Below are positions 24,535-37,344 of a stretch of 64,000 nucleotides of DNA, in pieces. Within the stretch, counting starts at the first letter, position 1; each line of letters begins with the position of its first letter. The notes below the pieces were generated by a model. That model worked only from the letters and a program-made list of their open reading frames with translations. It did no database searches and was not told the origin of the DNA. The translations under genes were made by a program, and so were the position numbers. Source of the stretch: Heteronotia binoei (lineage: Eukaryota); contig NC_083234.1 in NCBI RefSeq assembly GCF_032191835.1, forward strand, positions 37,448,001 to 37,512,000. The letters are read 5' to 3'.

Positions 24535-25918
24535 GCTTTGGGTTGGGAAATTTCTGGAAAATTAGGGGATGGATCCTTATGATGGTGGGGTTTGGAGAAA
24601 GGAAGGACTTCAATGGGTATAAAGCCATTAGGATTTCCAATCCCCAGTTGGGGGCAGGGGATGCTTTGGTTTGGAGGCCCTCCCCCAACTTCAGGGTTTT
24701 CAGAAAATGGGGGTGGGGAAAAATGTCCACTGGGCACTCCATTATACCCTATGGGAGACCAGTCCCCATAGAGTAGGGGTGGCCAAACTTGCTTAACTTA
24801 AGAGCCACATAGAATAAACATCAGATGTTTGAGAGCCACAAGACATGAACAAATATCACACACACATCTTTATTAAAGATAAAATACATATGTATGCACC
24901 TTACAATACAACCATACTAGAAGGAGTCTTTAAAATAAAGGCTGAGAATAACTGTCCCCCATAAGAGCAGCATAGGGAACGGTTAGGAAATTATGTTTTG
25001 ACACTAGTGGGAGAAGGGAACACACATGTACCATACAACCACTAACCACTGTTTGCATCATGATGCATCTTTCTTTGCTTTGACATCAAGGTTAGTAAAT
25101 ATAGCTCCTACATGAGCTATGAAACCAAGGGGAAACCCTGCACCGCCCTCTTTAATTCTGTCCCTTCTTCTGGTAACTCGGCTCTTGCACTCTCTTTCTC
25201 CACTCTAGGTCTCTGGGCAACCTCTGTGGAGAACAGCTTGCAAGGCTGCCTATTTCTCCCTCCTTTCCCACTTCACACATGGCCAAAATAGTTGCCTACC
25301 TATGGGTCAGCACTCATAGGCTGACTGAGGTCCCAATGCTAAGCAGGCTTACTTGAGAGTAAGCCTGCACTGAGTTCTTCTTTGACCTCTGGGAGCCACA
25401 CAAAATGTATGAAAGAGCTGTATGTGGCTCCCGAGCTGCAGTTTGGCCACCCTGCCATGTGGTATAATGGAGAATTGATCCATTGGTATCTGGGGCTAAC
25501 TGTTTTCTGAGCTAGAGACACCAAAATTCACTATAGCATCTGGTGCCTCTCCTCATATCCCCCCCCCCCCCGGTTCTAAAAGACTGGACTGGGGTCCAAT
25601 TCTGTAAGCCCCAAAAGAAGGTGCCCCCCATCCTCCATTATTTTCAATGGAAGGAAGGCATTAAAAGGAATGTGGTCCCTTTAAATGTGATGGCTGGAAC
25701 TTCCTTCAGAGTTCAATCATGTTTGTTACAACCTTGCTCCTGGCTCCACCCTCAAAGTCTTCTGGCTCAAAGTCCCCAGATATTTCCTGAGCTGCACCTG
25801 GCAATCCTAGTCCACCTTCCAAAGCAGATATTTTCTCCAGGTGAACTAAACTCTATTGACTGGAGATCAGATGTAATCTCTGGAGATCTCTAGCCATCAC
25901 CTAGAAGGTGGCAACCCT
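24535..25918 (+). mobile_element. Nest: short TAGGGTTGCCA MITE containing the long family member (about 24629-25810), which contains a Charlie-type element
   Basis: Short-family sequence resumes (gtccaccttccaaagcag) after the long member ends (ctggcaatccta). Confidence 0.7.
24774..25454. mobile_element. hAT-Charlie-type non-autonomous element
   Basis: TIR (T/C)AGGGGTGGCCAAAC / GTTTGGCCACCCTG; degenerate TSD ccatagag/ccatgtgg. Confidence 0.75.
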
Positions 25919-25957
25919 TTGCCTGTTGCCAGTCCGTGAGTTCCCTATGTAGATTAT

Positions 25958-26740
25958 GGGTGCAGTCAGACGTACCATTAAAAGCGGGTATGTAGCGTTC
26001 AAATTTGAACCACTGAATATTGATTTGATGCAGGGACATTCAGACAAGCATCCAAGAATGTGACTCATTCTATTGTTGAGCGATCAGACATCCAATACTA
26101 TCATGCTCTTTTCTTGGAGCATGCATAATCAGATACTGATTTCTGGGAGGGGGGGTCCATTGGACATGCACCCAACTGTTTGGAGGTGGGAAATCAAACA
26201 TTGCTTCAGAGGCGGGGGGGAAGGAGGGAAAGTTTCTGGAATTAATGTTGCCGATTCAAACCAAGGAACTGCCAGGAATTACTTTCCTAGAAATTGGCAG
26301 TGACAATGATATCTGGAAATCCTCCACATTGAAAAAAAAGATTCCCCCCCCCCTGTTCTGAATAGTGGGATAAGTCCCCCCCCCCCCGATCCTGTGTTGA
26401 TTGGAGAAGCAGAAGTATCACCTCAGATTTCCGGATGATCTGGCAATGGGCATGTCTGCTGGGGCTTTTTTTTTAAAAAAAAGGTGGGAGGGGCGGTAAA
26501 CATTCCGAGGGGCAGTATCGCGCGTGAGCTGTCCAAACAGGAAAAAAGCCAATCTTGTGCCGCTTTTTTGAAAAAGGGCCAGACTTTCTGCACTGTCAAA
26601 TTAATGCGGCATTGAGGCGCAGCAAAGTGGGATGACCCTGGATGACGCTTAATTGCCAGATGTGGATGTCTGAATGAACACATTTAATCCGTCAGCGAGA
26701 TGGAGCTGTGTCACCACTAATGGTACGTCTGAACGCACCC
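25958..26740. mobile_element. PIF/Harbinger-type non-autonomous element (783 bp)
   Basis: 23-bp TIR GGGTGC(AG/GT)TCAGACGTACCATTA; 3-bp TSD TAT on both sides. Confidence 0.8.
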
Positions 26741-26973
26741 TATGTAACATAAAAATGGCCCCAAGTCACACACGCACATCCCCCAAGAAACTTTTCTCCA
26801 TGGGGTTTTAAAATTTGTTTGGGTAAACACATATTTGAACAGCTGAAAAGGGAAACCAGTTAGTGTAAGGGAAATGATGGGTGGGGAATCCATTCTCTGC
26901 TTTCTAGTGCCCCTTTCTGCACAGAGTTTAACAGCAATTTTAGTTAAAAATAGGTTTGGATGTTGTGCTTTCA

Positions 26974-27023
26974 CACACACACACACATACATATATATAT
27001 ATATTATATATATATATATATAT
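26974..27023. repeat. (CA)n/(TA)n microsatellite
   Basis: Seen directly. Confidence 0.95.
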
Positions 27024-28185
27024 AAAAACCCAGTATTTGGTCACACTTTTTAAGATCTTTCAGGTAGGTCTTCTAACTCTATTTAATATCATTTATGGTT
27101 GGGGCCATCTTATGTTTCATTACAGTATTATTGGTTTGTATTTGCTGTCCAAGATAAAAAATAAAACTTTGAAGGGGGGAAGTTGTATAATGGGTAGTAC
27201 TAGCCTTTTGTGCTTGGTTTTTCAAAGAGATGATAAAACATTCTGTTGATCCTGGATTAGAAGTACCCCATGAAGAGTTAGCAAAGGCTTTGTGAAGACC
27301 AGAGGCATGATGGAACTGAGAGATTAGTCTGCACTTCTGCATGATATAGACATGCAAAACCTATCAACATATCCTAGATGTAGTAATGATGAAAGTGATC
27401 CCTGACCTTTCCATGTAGACCATTCTTTGTATACAGAGTTTATATACATCCATTGAGTATAAAACAACCTGTAGCTGACTTTTGGTTATACAGAGCCAAC
27501 TGCTTGGTATGAATCTGGGAATCTTGAATTTAGGGATTTGAAGTTATTTGGCATGTATTGGCAAAGTTTTTGCAATTAACCTCTTTGTAGCTCACAGATT
27601 ATAGGACTCTACATGGGATTGCTTCTGGGTATTAAAAAATCCAGTTTGCACAAACTGTCATGTTAAGACTTTTGTCTGCCCCAAGTGGGGTGTGTATGTG
27701 TCTCTCTGTGTGTGGCTTCCCATCTCCCAACAGCTGCATTGGCTACCTATATGTTTTCAGTCAATGCTGAAGGTGCTAGCATTAGCCTATAAAATCCATA
27801 GTAGTGGGAGCCTAGGATATTTCAGAAAGTGCTTCTTTTTCTCTTGTAGTGAAATTAACAAAGAGTTCTGAATTCCTTTTTCATTGTGTAAGAAAGGCAG
27901 ATTGGCCTCTGTACTCTGCAGGGATTTGGGGAGGAAGGCACCCTGTAATTTTGAAATGTCCTTCTCCAGCAAACCTCTGCATTCTTAAAACAGAATTATT
28001 CTGCCTTTTAGAATATAATATCTTTTGACATTTAAAATTTCAGTAAGTTCTTGTTTTAACCTATTTGTTTTTGTTTAGTCTTACATTGTATGGTGAGTTT
28101 GCCAGGTACAACTCAGGAAATATCTGGAGAATTTGGGGGTGGAGCCAGGAGACTTTCACATTCCCTAAAAATAAATAAATAAATA

Positions 28186-28382
28186 TAGGGCTTTCTGGTA
28201 GAAAACGCCCAACATGAACTCATTTGCATATTAGGCCACACCCCCTGATATCACCATTGTTTTGCGCATGGCTTTTTTGTGGAAAAGCCCAGCAGGAACT
28301 CATTTGCATATTAGGCCACACCCCCTGACACCAAGCCAGATTGAACTGTGTTCCTGTACGTTCCTGCTAAAAAAAAGCCCTG
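28186..28382. mobile_element. hAT MITE, CAGGGCTTTTT family
   Basis: Perfect TSD AATAAATA; CTCATTTGCATATTAGGCCACACCCC twice (octamers at 28222 and 28302). Confidence 0.88.
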
Positions 28383-28636
28383 AATAAATATACAGCAGTG
28401 CCATTCCCCTGAATACTGTCTTCATTTTCTCCTCATTTTTGCTTTCCCACAGCAGCTGCATTTTCATTAAATGAAAGTGAAAAACACACACACATATACA
28501 CACAAAGCAGCCCAAATGAACAGTTTGCAAGCCCACACTTTTGTGATCTCCCTGGGGCAATGGTCCAGATCACTTTACTCATGGAGTTGCTGAATGTAAC
28601 AATCTGCAAAGTTTCAACCAACTTCTTCAGACTTCA

Positions 28637-28945
28637 GAGAGCCAGTTTGGTGTAGTGGTTAAGTGTGCTGACTCTTATCTGGGAGAACCGGGTTTGATTC
28701 CGCACTCCTCCACTTGCACCTGCTGGCATGGCCTTGGGTCAGCCATAGCTCTGGCAGAGGTTGTCCTTGAAAGGGCAGCTGCTGTGAGAACTCTCTCCAG
28801 CCCCACCCACCTCACAGGGTGTCTGTTGTGGGGGAGGAAGGTAAAGGTGATTGTGAGCCGCTCTGAGACTCTTCAGAGTGGAGGGCGGGATATAAATCCA
28901 ATATCATCATCATCATCATCATCTTCTTCTTCTTCTTCTTCTTCT
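28637..28945 (+). mobile_element. Full-length Squam3-type SINE with L2-like tail
   Basis: tRNA-like head with A-box (tggtgtagtggtt) and B-box-like (ggtttgattcc); tail gtgagccgctctgag...gagggcgggatataaat followed by (ATC)n(TTC)n. Confidence 0.8.
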
Positions 28946-29774
28946 AAAGGGAAATGAAAATAAAGAAAGAGAGGCCCAGGGGGTGTAGTTTTCCTCCATC
29001 CCATAATTGGGTTCTAATTAACTCATCACTATCCAATTTACTATCCATGATTATACTATACCACTTTTGAAACAAATGCAAAACAAACATAGGAAGTACG
29101 TTCTCTCCCTCTCTCACACACTCACTGGGAAGAGCCATGGCATGTGGATCTGCCTGCTCTCCTCCCACCATAGCTTTAGTCTCACTGAGATTTAAAGGCA
29201 CACACACACATTCCAAAACACAAGCAGTTTGCAAGCCTCTAAAGATCAAAAAGCATATAACGGCTGCTGGGGTGGGACTTCCTCAGCTGGCCAGCTGGCT
29301 GGCAGCAGAGAGGAGCCTGCAAATCCAGGGGATCCTCTGCCTGAACATGGGGGCTGACAAGCCTATTGTATGGCAATAGTTCAGAATTGTAAAATAGTTC
29401 AAAAGTGTCTTATACGTTTTAATAAGCAAATAAAGGACCTTCAAAGAAAATGTCTGTGGAACATGAAAAAACAGACTTGTGAAGTATTATGATATTATGG
29501 GAGATTTAATATAATCTGTGTGAACCATGTAGAAGTCATGATATACTTTTTATTGGGTCTAACTTGCGTGTAAACTGTTGAGTTCTTCAACACAAGTGTT
29601 GAAGAACTCAAAAGCTTGCACACCATCTGGATGCTTAAAGTTGGAAGGGGTGTGTGTTTCAGTCCTTGCTCTTAAGTCCACATATCTGAATCTTGTGGTA
29701 AATACTGAGCATTCCATCCATCTCCTGTTCCCTTGGTTTTTTTGCTTGATTTTTGCCATCAAATTGAGCTGACT

Positions 29775-29940
29775 TCTGGGCTTTCAAGGCAAGAGATGTT
29801 CAGAGGTGCTTTGCTATTGCCTATCTCTGCATAGAAATCCTAGACTTCATTGATGATCTATTCAAATATTGACCGGAGCCAACCATGCTTAGCTTCCAAG
29901 ATCTGATGAAATTGGGATAGCCTGGATCATCCAGGTCAGG
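29775..29940 (-). mobile_element. 5S-rRNA-headed SINE (degenerate)
   Basis: cttagcttccaagatctgatgaaattggg is antisense 5S-like; ttcaaggcaaga...tttgctattgcc tail. Confidence 0.7.
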
Positions 29941-30214
29941 GAATTCTCTTGATAAAGGCTATTTAAAAACCCAGCTCAGATTTATTTACTCCATTACATG
30001 CTTTTGTATTGAGATTGGTCTGCCTGATGACTGTACATAAGTAACAAATCTGGTGTTGTTGCCACCAGACGGCTTTAGTTTAGTCCATTATTAACCATGA
30101 GCTGCTTTTGTTCCTTAGTGTCTTGGTCTCTCAACAGCTATTAGTCATGAGATCTCAGTGGAAGCTACACATCTAGAGACACTATATATCTCAAAATACC
30201 AGATTCTAGAAACA

Positions 30215-30365
30215 AACAGAATGATAGAGCTGGAAGGGGCCATACAGGCCAAGCCCCTGCTCAATGCAGAATCAGCCAAGAGCATCTCTGAGAAGTGTTT
30301 GTCCAGCCAGTACTTTAAAAGGCTGCCAGTGGCACCTCCCTCGGTAGCTGATTTCACTGTTGGAA
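30215..30365 (-). mobile_element. CR1 LINE 3' fragment
   Basis: agaatgatagagctggaaggggccatacaggcc...cccctgctcaatgcag is the typical antisense CR1 3' end. Confidence 0.75.
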
Positions 30366-31279
30366 TTGGAGAGGATTGGTGCCTTCGTGTATCACATATA
30401 AGTTCTTGGATGTATCTGGTTTGCCACTGGCCTCTTTGGATCTTAAATCGTATCCATCAAGGCTCTTTTTAAAAATTAGCTTATGGGCCAGATCTTCAGC
30501 TGTTGTTGTCTGTCGACAGCATGGCCCGGAATTTAAAGTGTTGTCTGAAATCCAAATATCCTTCGGTCTGTTTTCCAATGCATCTTTTCTATTTCAATAT
30601 TTCCCCCTACATTACATTTTAATAAAGCATGGCAAATATGGTATGCCAAGGGCATTTTTGGAAATGGGAGATGCTTATAAACTATTTCCTTATTCATGAG
30701 CAGTTGTAATATTGGAGCAGCGAGCCAGTTACCTTTCTTGTCGGTACAGTCACTTTGTTGATTGGCAGACTGGCAGGTTTTTGTACATATTCATGATCCC
30801 TGAGGTTGAATGTTGATTAAAGTGATTCTGGGATCAGATTAAAAGGGAGCTCTGCCAAGGTTTTACATCGCAGAACTTAATGTGCAAGCTTCCTCTGCAA
30901 AATGTCTTGTGATGCTTCTAAAGACTTGAATAATCTGTTGCCGAGTACAGTTTGGGCACAAAGATTTTGCCACCCCACCTGTGCTGCTTTAGAGAATGAT
31001 GACTTTGAGACTCTGTGTTGACAAGACTATGTACATCCATCCTTTGGATGCTTTGAGTTGGATGCTTTGGATGCTTTGAGTTGGTTGTACCAACAATTCC
31101 ATCTCACAAAATCACTATGGCTGAATTCAGATGGCCAATTTGAGCTGACAAAGGCATGGCCCCCAGGCAGATTAAAAAAGCAAGGTCAGACAGGCGCAGC
31201 TGCCACTCATCCCACCCGCATACTCACCCTGTCCTCTGCTGTCTCCAAGATGGATCAAAGAGTTACCATTTGGGAAGGA

Positions 31280-31551
31280 AAAGGAAAGGTGCCTGTGCAA
31301 GCACCAGTCATTTCCGACTCTAGGGGTGACGTTGCTCTCACAACGTTTTCACGGCAGACTTTTTACGGGGTGGTTTGCCATTGCCTCCCCCAGTCATCTA
31401 CACTTTCCCCCCAGCAAGCTGGGTACTCATTTTACTGACCTCAGAAGGATGGAAGGCTTGGGCCAGCTACCTGAAAACCCAGCTTCCACCGGGGATCAAA
31501 CTCAGGTCATGAGCAGAGTTTAGGACTGCAGTATACTCTGCACCACGGGGC
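31280..31551 (+). mobile_element. Sauria SINE
   Basis: aaaggtgcctgtgcaagcaccagtcatttccgactctaggggtgacg...gcaagctgggtactcattttac. Confidence 0.88.
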
Positions 31552-33453
31552 AATTTGGGAAGTGATAGCAAATTCTTCTGCTGCGCTCCTCCCACCTTTC
31601 CCACCTCCCACCAATCCTCTCTAGGCACTTACTGGTATTTTTAAAATAAACACCTGCCTGAGCACATGACCACTAAAAACATAAGGGGGAAAAAAGAAAC
31701 CCAAACTGCTCTAAGGAGACGGCTTCTCAACAACCATGTGAATGCACCAAAGTGCCCCCTGCATGATATACGGGCACATCGCATGGGAGCATCTGACTGG
31801 GATTTGGCCATTCCATAGCTTCTGAAGGACATCAGGGTTCTACAAGCACACAATTCAAAATCTCTTATCATAGCCATCAGTAGTCTTTCTCTCAGCCCAT
31901 GCTCTCAACTACATCATGTACCAGGATGCCAAGGGAAGGAGAAACAAAAGGGTAAAATTCCATGAGCCTTGGTCATTCTGGGGAACATGGAACTAATTCA
32001 TTTTAGGTTTAGGAGTTTTAGGTTAAGTTCAGGGTAGAGACAAAGAAAAGCTTCCATCCCTCAATCACACATGCTCTAAAACACCACGGTTGATATCCTT
32101 TTTTATCCTATCCAGGCTGTCAACATCTCACCATGTCAAATAACAAACTGTGCACCATGAACATACTACCAGTAGAAAGAGTCCCACATTATATCTTTGG
32201 AAATATAAGCAAGTCTCAAAATCACCTGTTTTTGTGCAGTTGCAATGGCCCAGTGTTTCCAGATTTTTAATTTTCTTTTTCATTGCTAGAAATAAAACTC
32301 CAGGTAGAGGTTCTGGAAAATTCTACACATCAATCTCTACCCAAGGGTTTCCAAAGGTCAAGGAGAGTGGCAGAGTTACTTGGCTAAGCTGCTTTGGCAG
32401 AGAAACAGGTATACAGTGTCACTATCGGCGGTAAGCACTTTCTGCCGCCATAGGATAATTTATTAGCAAGGGGCTGCATGCCTGCCTACACTGCCTGAAG
32501 AAAAATATATGGATGGTGGGGTGGAATGCTGAAAGGTTAAAAGGGGGGGCGGGAATTGAGAAAGATTGAGAGGAAAGCGTTTTAGAAAGAAAGAAAAAAA
32601 ATAACTTTCTGCTTCCTGTTTTGTGGCTATTGTAATACTCTTACAAATTGGCATTTAGGAAACTGCAAAATTCCCCTCCTCCCCTTTTTTTTGCTTGTCT
32701 TATCTTGATTCTTTTGGCCTCATTTGGAAGTGCCTCAGATAGGCTTCCCAAACCTCCCGCTCTGGCGGGGGGCCCCAGGTTTAGCCCCCTTCTCTCCCGC
32801 TTTCCAAAAATCTGAAGCGGGGTGGGGGGTATGGTGTCTGGGAGCGATTCCATTGTGAGCAGTTGCTTAAGGTGGAGAGCTCAGTTCCTCTGCACGAGAA
32901 GAGCCAAGCCGAGTCCAGGAACACCTTAAGAGACCACCAAGATTTTTAGGGTTATAAACAGCTTTCAAGATTCAAAGCCCCCTTCGTCTGATCTTCTGAA
33001 GGGAACTTTGGTTGCAGTCACGCACACAAAGGTAAAAGGGCCTCCTGGAGCGGGGCAGGGGGGGGAGTGGTAAGTTAACTGCATACTGCCTAGCCCTTGT
33101 AGGATTGCCGCGCCCCCCCCCCCCGGCTTTCTGGCTCCTTTCACTTCCCAATCCCGGCATTTACACAAAGAACCTGCTGAGATCAATTTGCAGCTGCTTT
33201 GCATTCTACAGGCTTCCGTCATCCCACTTCATAATCTTCTTCTTTTTGCACATTTACTTGGAAGCAAATCCCAGTGTTTCAGCTTAGTTTACTCCCTACT
33301 AGGTGCAAGAAAGATCGCAGTGCCTCTGTTTCCTGCTGAAGAGAGCTGCCCCAACCTTGTGCACGCTGATTTGGGAGTGCTCTTTGAAGTAGGCATGCTG
33401 AATTAAGGCTGCTGTTGTAAGCAGTGTTACTGGGTGAACTTGCCTTCTGAGCT

Positions 33454-33959
33454 TAGGGTTGCCAATCCCCAGGTAGGGACAGGGGATCCCTGATTTGGAG
33501 GCCCTTCCCCCACTTCAGGGTCATCAGAAAGCAGAAGGGGGGGGGGAATGTCTGCTGGCCACTCTATTATTCCCTATGAAGATCGATTCCCATAGAATAA
33601 TGGATAATTGATCTCTGGGGGGCTGTTTTTTGAGATAGAGGCACCAAATTTGTATCATAGCATCCAGTACCTCTTCCCAAAATACCCTCCAAGTTTCAAA
33701 ATGATTGGACCAGGGGGTCCAATTCTACGACCCCAAAAGAAGGTGCCCCTATCTTTCATTATTTCCAAAGGAGGGAAGGCATTTAAAAGGTATGCAGTTC
33801 CTTTAAATATGATGGCAAGAACTTCCTTTGGAGTTCAAATATGCTTATCACGCCCTTGCTGCTGGCTCCACCCCAATGTCTCCTGGCTCCACCCCCAAAG
33901 TCTCCTGGCTCCACCCCCAAAGTCCCCAGATATTTCTTGAATTGGACTTGGCAACCCTA
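33454..33959. mobile_element. Long TAGGGTTGCCAATCCCC hAT MITE (about 0.5 kb)
   Basis: TIR TAGGGTTGCCAA/TTGGCAACCCTA; matches 51633 and 54268 copies. Confidence 0.85.
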
Positions 33960-34039
33960 GCCTCAGATGTTTTGCCTGAGGAAGAACCCTGAATTCATTT
34001 TCTAACTATTGCTTTAGGCAAAATCCAGTGACAACCAAG

Positions 34040-34560
34040 GAACACATAGAACCACTCTAGCTCATCATATATGGCTTTAAAAGGGATTTAGAAAGATTTA
34101 TAGAGGATAAGTCTATCAGTTGTAGGGTTACCAGGCTGAACTTGGCAACTGGTGGGAGGATTCGGAGAGAGGACACAAGAGGGTGTGATGTCCATCCCTA
34201 TGTCACACCTGGAAAAAAAAATAGAGTAGCTTCAGGAATAACAAGAAACTCTATAGTAAAACTACACAGTTTCCTTCTCTCACTTCCTTCCCCCTGCAGA
34301 AGAAACATGACAATGCAGCCAATATTACCTTTTAAAAAATCCTCCACAGCTTGAAGCACTGATGGGCAGTGGAAACTGGGGGTGGGGACTGGTAGCCCTA
34401 AACAGGGGTCTGGTAAGTTAATCAGGAGGCAACATCAGGAGGCGATCTATGCCCTGTTGTTGGCCCTCCTGAGAAACTGATTGGCCAATATGTCAGAGAG
34501 GATGCTGGACTAGATGGACTACTGGCTGGATATACCCTTTTCCATTTCTTGTGTTTCCTT
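34040..34560 (+). mobile_element. CR1 3' fragment interrupted by a hAT MITE (about 34123-34400)
   Basis: ggctttaaaagggatttagaaagatttatagaggataag and atgccctgttgttggccctcc...gatgctggactagatggac are CR1 3'-end motifs. Confidence 0.7.
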
Positions 34561-34734
34561 ATGTTGCCACTATGAGCCTTTTGGTCTTATTCAGACAATT
34601 GTGTTGCTGGTATTCCTGAACTGTTTTTCTTTCATCTCACGTATATGCAGTTTGCTCACCAATTATGTAAAAACATATATATTTTACTTTGGAGGTGGGG
34701 GGATATCAGCCTAAGGAAACAAAAGTCCCCCCCC

Positions 34735-36890
34735 TCAATAAAGAGCAGCTTATAGGGCATTTATAAGAACCTATGAGATGGTGGTCAAGGCCGCTAAGAA
34801 AGTACTGTATACTTTACAGCCATGATTGCGTCTGGGAACTCGCACCCAGCACAATTATTTAGAACAATTCGGTCTCTAACTACCCTACCGATGGGTATAC
34901 CAAATGCTAGGGAATTGGATATCGGCTGTGAGGCCTTTGCAAACTTCTTTGCAGATAAAGTCCTGTCACTCCGCTGCGACCTCCCAGTCACTTTAGAAAC
35001 AGTAACAGAACTCAAGGCTCCGAGCACGTCTTCTAGTCCAGTTTTGGATTCTTTCACTCCACTCAGCCTGGAGGAAGTTGATAGAATACTCTCTACTGTA
35101 TGCCCAACTATCTGTAGGCTGGACCCCTGCCCCTCTTGGCTAATAAAAGCTGGCCGTGAGGGGCTACAGGCTCCCCTAAGAGAAATTGTCAACCAGTCCC
35201 TTCTTGAGGGAACCTTTCCCCGAACTCTTAAGGAGGCTGTGGTTCATCCCCTTCTAAAAAAGCCATCTTTGGACCCAGCTGAATTGGCAAACTATCAGCC
35301 GGTGTCCAACTTGCCGTTTTTAGGCAAGATTATTGAAAGGGCTGTGGCAGTGCAGCTCCAGAGTTTTCTGGATGACACTTCGGTGCTAAACCTACATCAA
35401 TCTAGTTTTCATCCGGGTTATGGGACGGAGACAATACTGGTCACCCTCACAGATGACCTCCAGAGACACCTGGAAAGAGGTGGCTCAGCAGTGCTGATGT
35501 TATTAGACCTGTCAGCAGCGTTCAACATGGTTGATCATCAGTTACTGACCTGTCGCCTCGCCGGTGCTGGAATCCAGGGGTTAGCCTTGCAGTGGCTTTC
35601 CTCTTTTCTCCAAAGTCAGGGACAGAGGGTGGCACTAGGGAAGAACTATCCTGGTGACACCCACTTATTTGTGGAGTGCTGCAGGGAGCAGTTATTTCTC
35701 CAATGTTATTTAACATCTACATGCGCCCCCTTGCCCAGGTTGCCCAGAGGCATCGGCTGGGTTGTCACCAGTATGCTGATGACACCCAGCTCTATCTGTT
35801 GATGGGTGGCCAGTCCAATCCCACCCTAGAAGATCTGTCTGCAGCATTACAAGCTGTGGCGGGGTGGCTCAGGCTGAGTGGACTGACATTAAATCCAACA
35901 AAGATGGAGGTCCTGTACCTAAGTCACCACGGTCTGGAAACGGAGGTCCTTTTACCGACCTTCGATGGGGCACAATTTATGCCGGTGCCCAAGGTTAAAA
36001 GCTTAGGAGTGCTCTTGGATGCCTCCTTAACGATGGAGGCCCAAGTAGCTGCCACTGCCAGGTCAGCTTTTTACCATCTGCGGATGGTAAGGCAGTTGGT
36101 TACCTTTCTTGATTGGGACGACTTAGCTATTGTGATCCATGCTACAGTCACCTTGAGATTAGATTACTGCAATGCCCTCTACATGGGGCTGCCCTTGTAC
36201 CAAATCCGGCGACTCCAACTAGTGCAGAATGCTGCAGTCAGGTGGTTAATGGGAGTTCCTTTACAGGAGCACATTCGGCCTGTGCTGAAATCACTGCACT
36301 GGCTACTGATAGTGTACTGGATTCGCTTCAAGGTGCTGGTTATCACCTTTAAAGCCCTATATGGCCAGGGTCCTGCATACCGTAGGGACTGCCTTTCCCC
36401 ATATATGCCCCAGCGAGCACTTCGGTCCGGAACCCAAAACCGGTTGATGGTCCCCAGCATCAAAGAAGCTAGGCTTGCGTCAACAAGAGGCAGGGCCTTT
36501 TCCATCGCTGCTCCTAGCTGGTGGAATGAGTTGCCGGAGGAGGTGAGGACCCTGCGAGAGCTCACACAGTTCTGCAGAGCCTGCAAAATGGTAATCTTCC
36601 ACCACGCTTTTTCATAACCCATACAGCGATGGATTGGGCCCAGAAATACCACCAGTGGCTTGTCTGGGACCTCCAGAAGTTTAAAAATCGACCAGTCTGA
36701 TTACCACCACTAATATCTTGTTGTTCAGATACATCAAATTAGCACCAGATGTTTTAAATGTTTTAATGTTTTTATATTTAATATTATATTTAGTGTTAAA
36801 TGGTTGGGCATGCTATTGCTGACCCTCATATTGTTAGCCGCCCTGAGCCTGCCTTGGCAGGGAGGGCGGGATATAAATAAAATAAATAAA
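34735..36890 (+). mobile_element. L2-clade LINE, 5'-truncated, ORF2 RT region broken mainly by one frameshift
   Basis: ORF 34822-35802 (LDPCPSWLIK, NYQPVSNLPFLGK, LLDLSAAFNMVDH) plus ORF 35676-36617 (QGAVISPMLFNIY, YADDTQLY, RLDYCNALYMGLP); frameshift near 35640; L2 3' stem-loop and (TAAA)n tail. Confidence 0.93.
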
Positions 36891-37344
36891 GAGTCACATG
36901 TTCAGTTTGCACAAACAAAACAGAAATTAAAATGTTCTTGAACTTCCACTCAGATGTACTTTTTCTGCACAGGGCCTTCTTTCAGCTCTTGTTATGAGTG
37001 AAAGGGCATAGGAACTCTCAGTTTACCTGCTTTGAGTGTTGTGTGAACTTTGATGTGTGTCCCCAGTGTAAAATAATAATTCTATTCTATGTTACTACTT
37101 AAAAAATGAATGATTCTTCAAGGCGATTCAGTGGCCTGTAGTGATATGCCTTTGATCTGCAGACAACTCCACTGAAATAATAATGGACTGTTGATTACTG
37201 TTGAGCCAATGGCTGTACATTTATTCCCTGTAAAGGTAAAAAAGAAGGAAGCTGGAGATTGAAGGTTAAGGTATACTGAGGCTGTGAATATGGGCTAAGT
37301 GCAACTAGAACGTGGTATGGGGTGTTAGGGGAGGAAAGGTGTCA

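Larger units (their letters stand above)
28093..29480 (+). mobile_element. Long TAGGGTTGCCAGG hAT element carrying a MITE and a Squam3 SINE
   Basis: Matches 13990-14350 and 16500-16900; the right boundary is approximate. Confidence 0.6.

Noticed and set aside
28637-28720. tRNA gene
   Set aside because: It is a SINE head with Pol III boxes, continues into SINE body and tail, and has no cloverleaf.
30354-30578. Protein-like - strand ORF (MENRPKDIW...IFKKSLDGY)
   Set aside because: Adjacent to a CR1 fragment and the FKKxLD motif resembles the decayed CR1 ORF2 C-terminus; no independent gene evidence.
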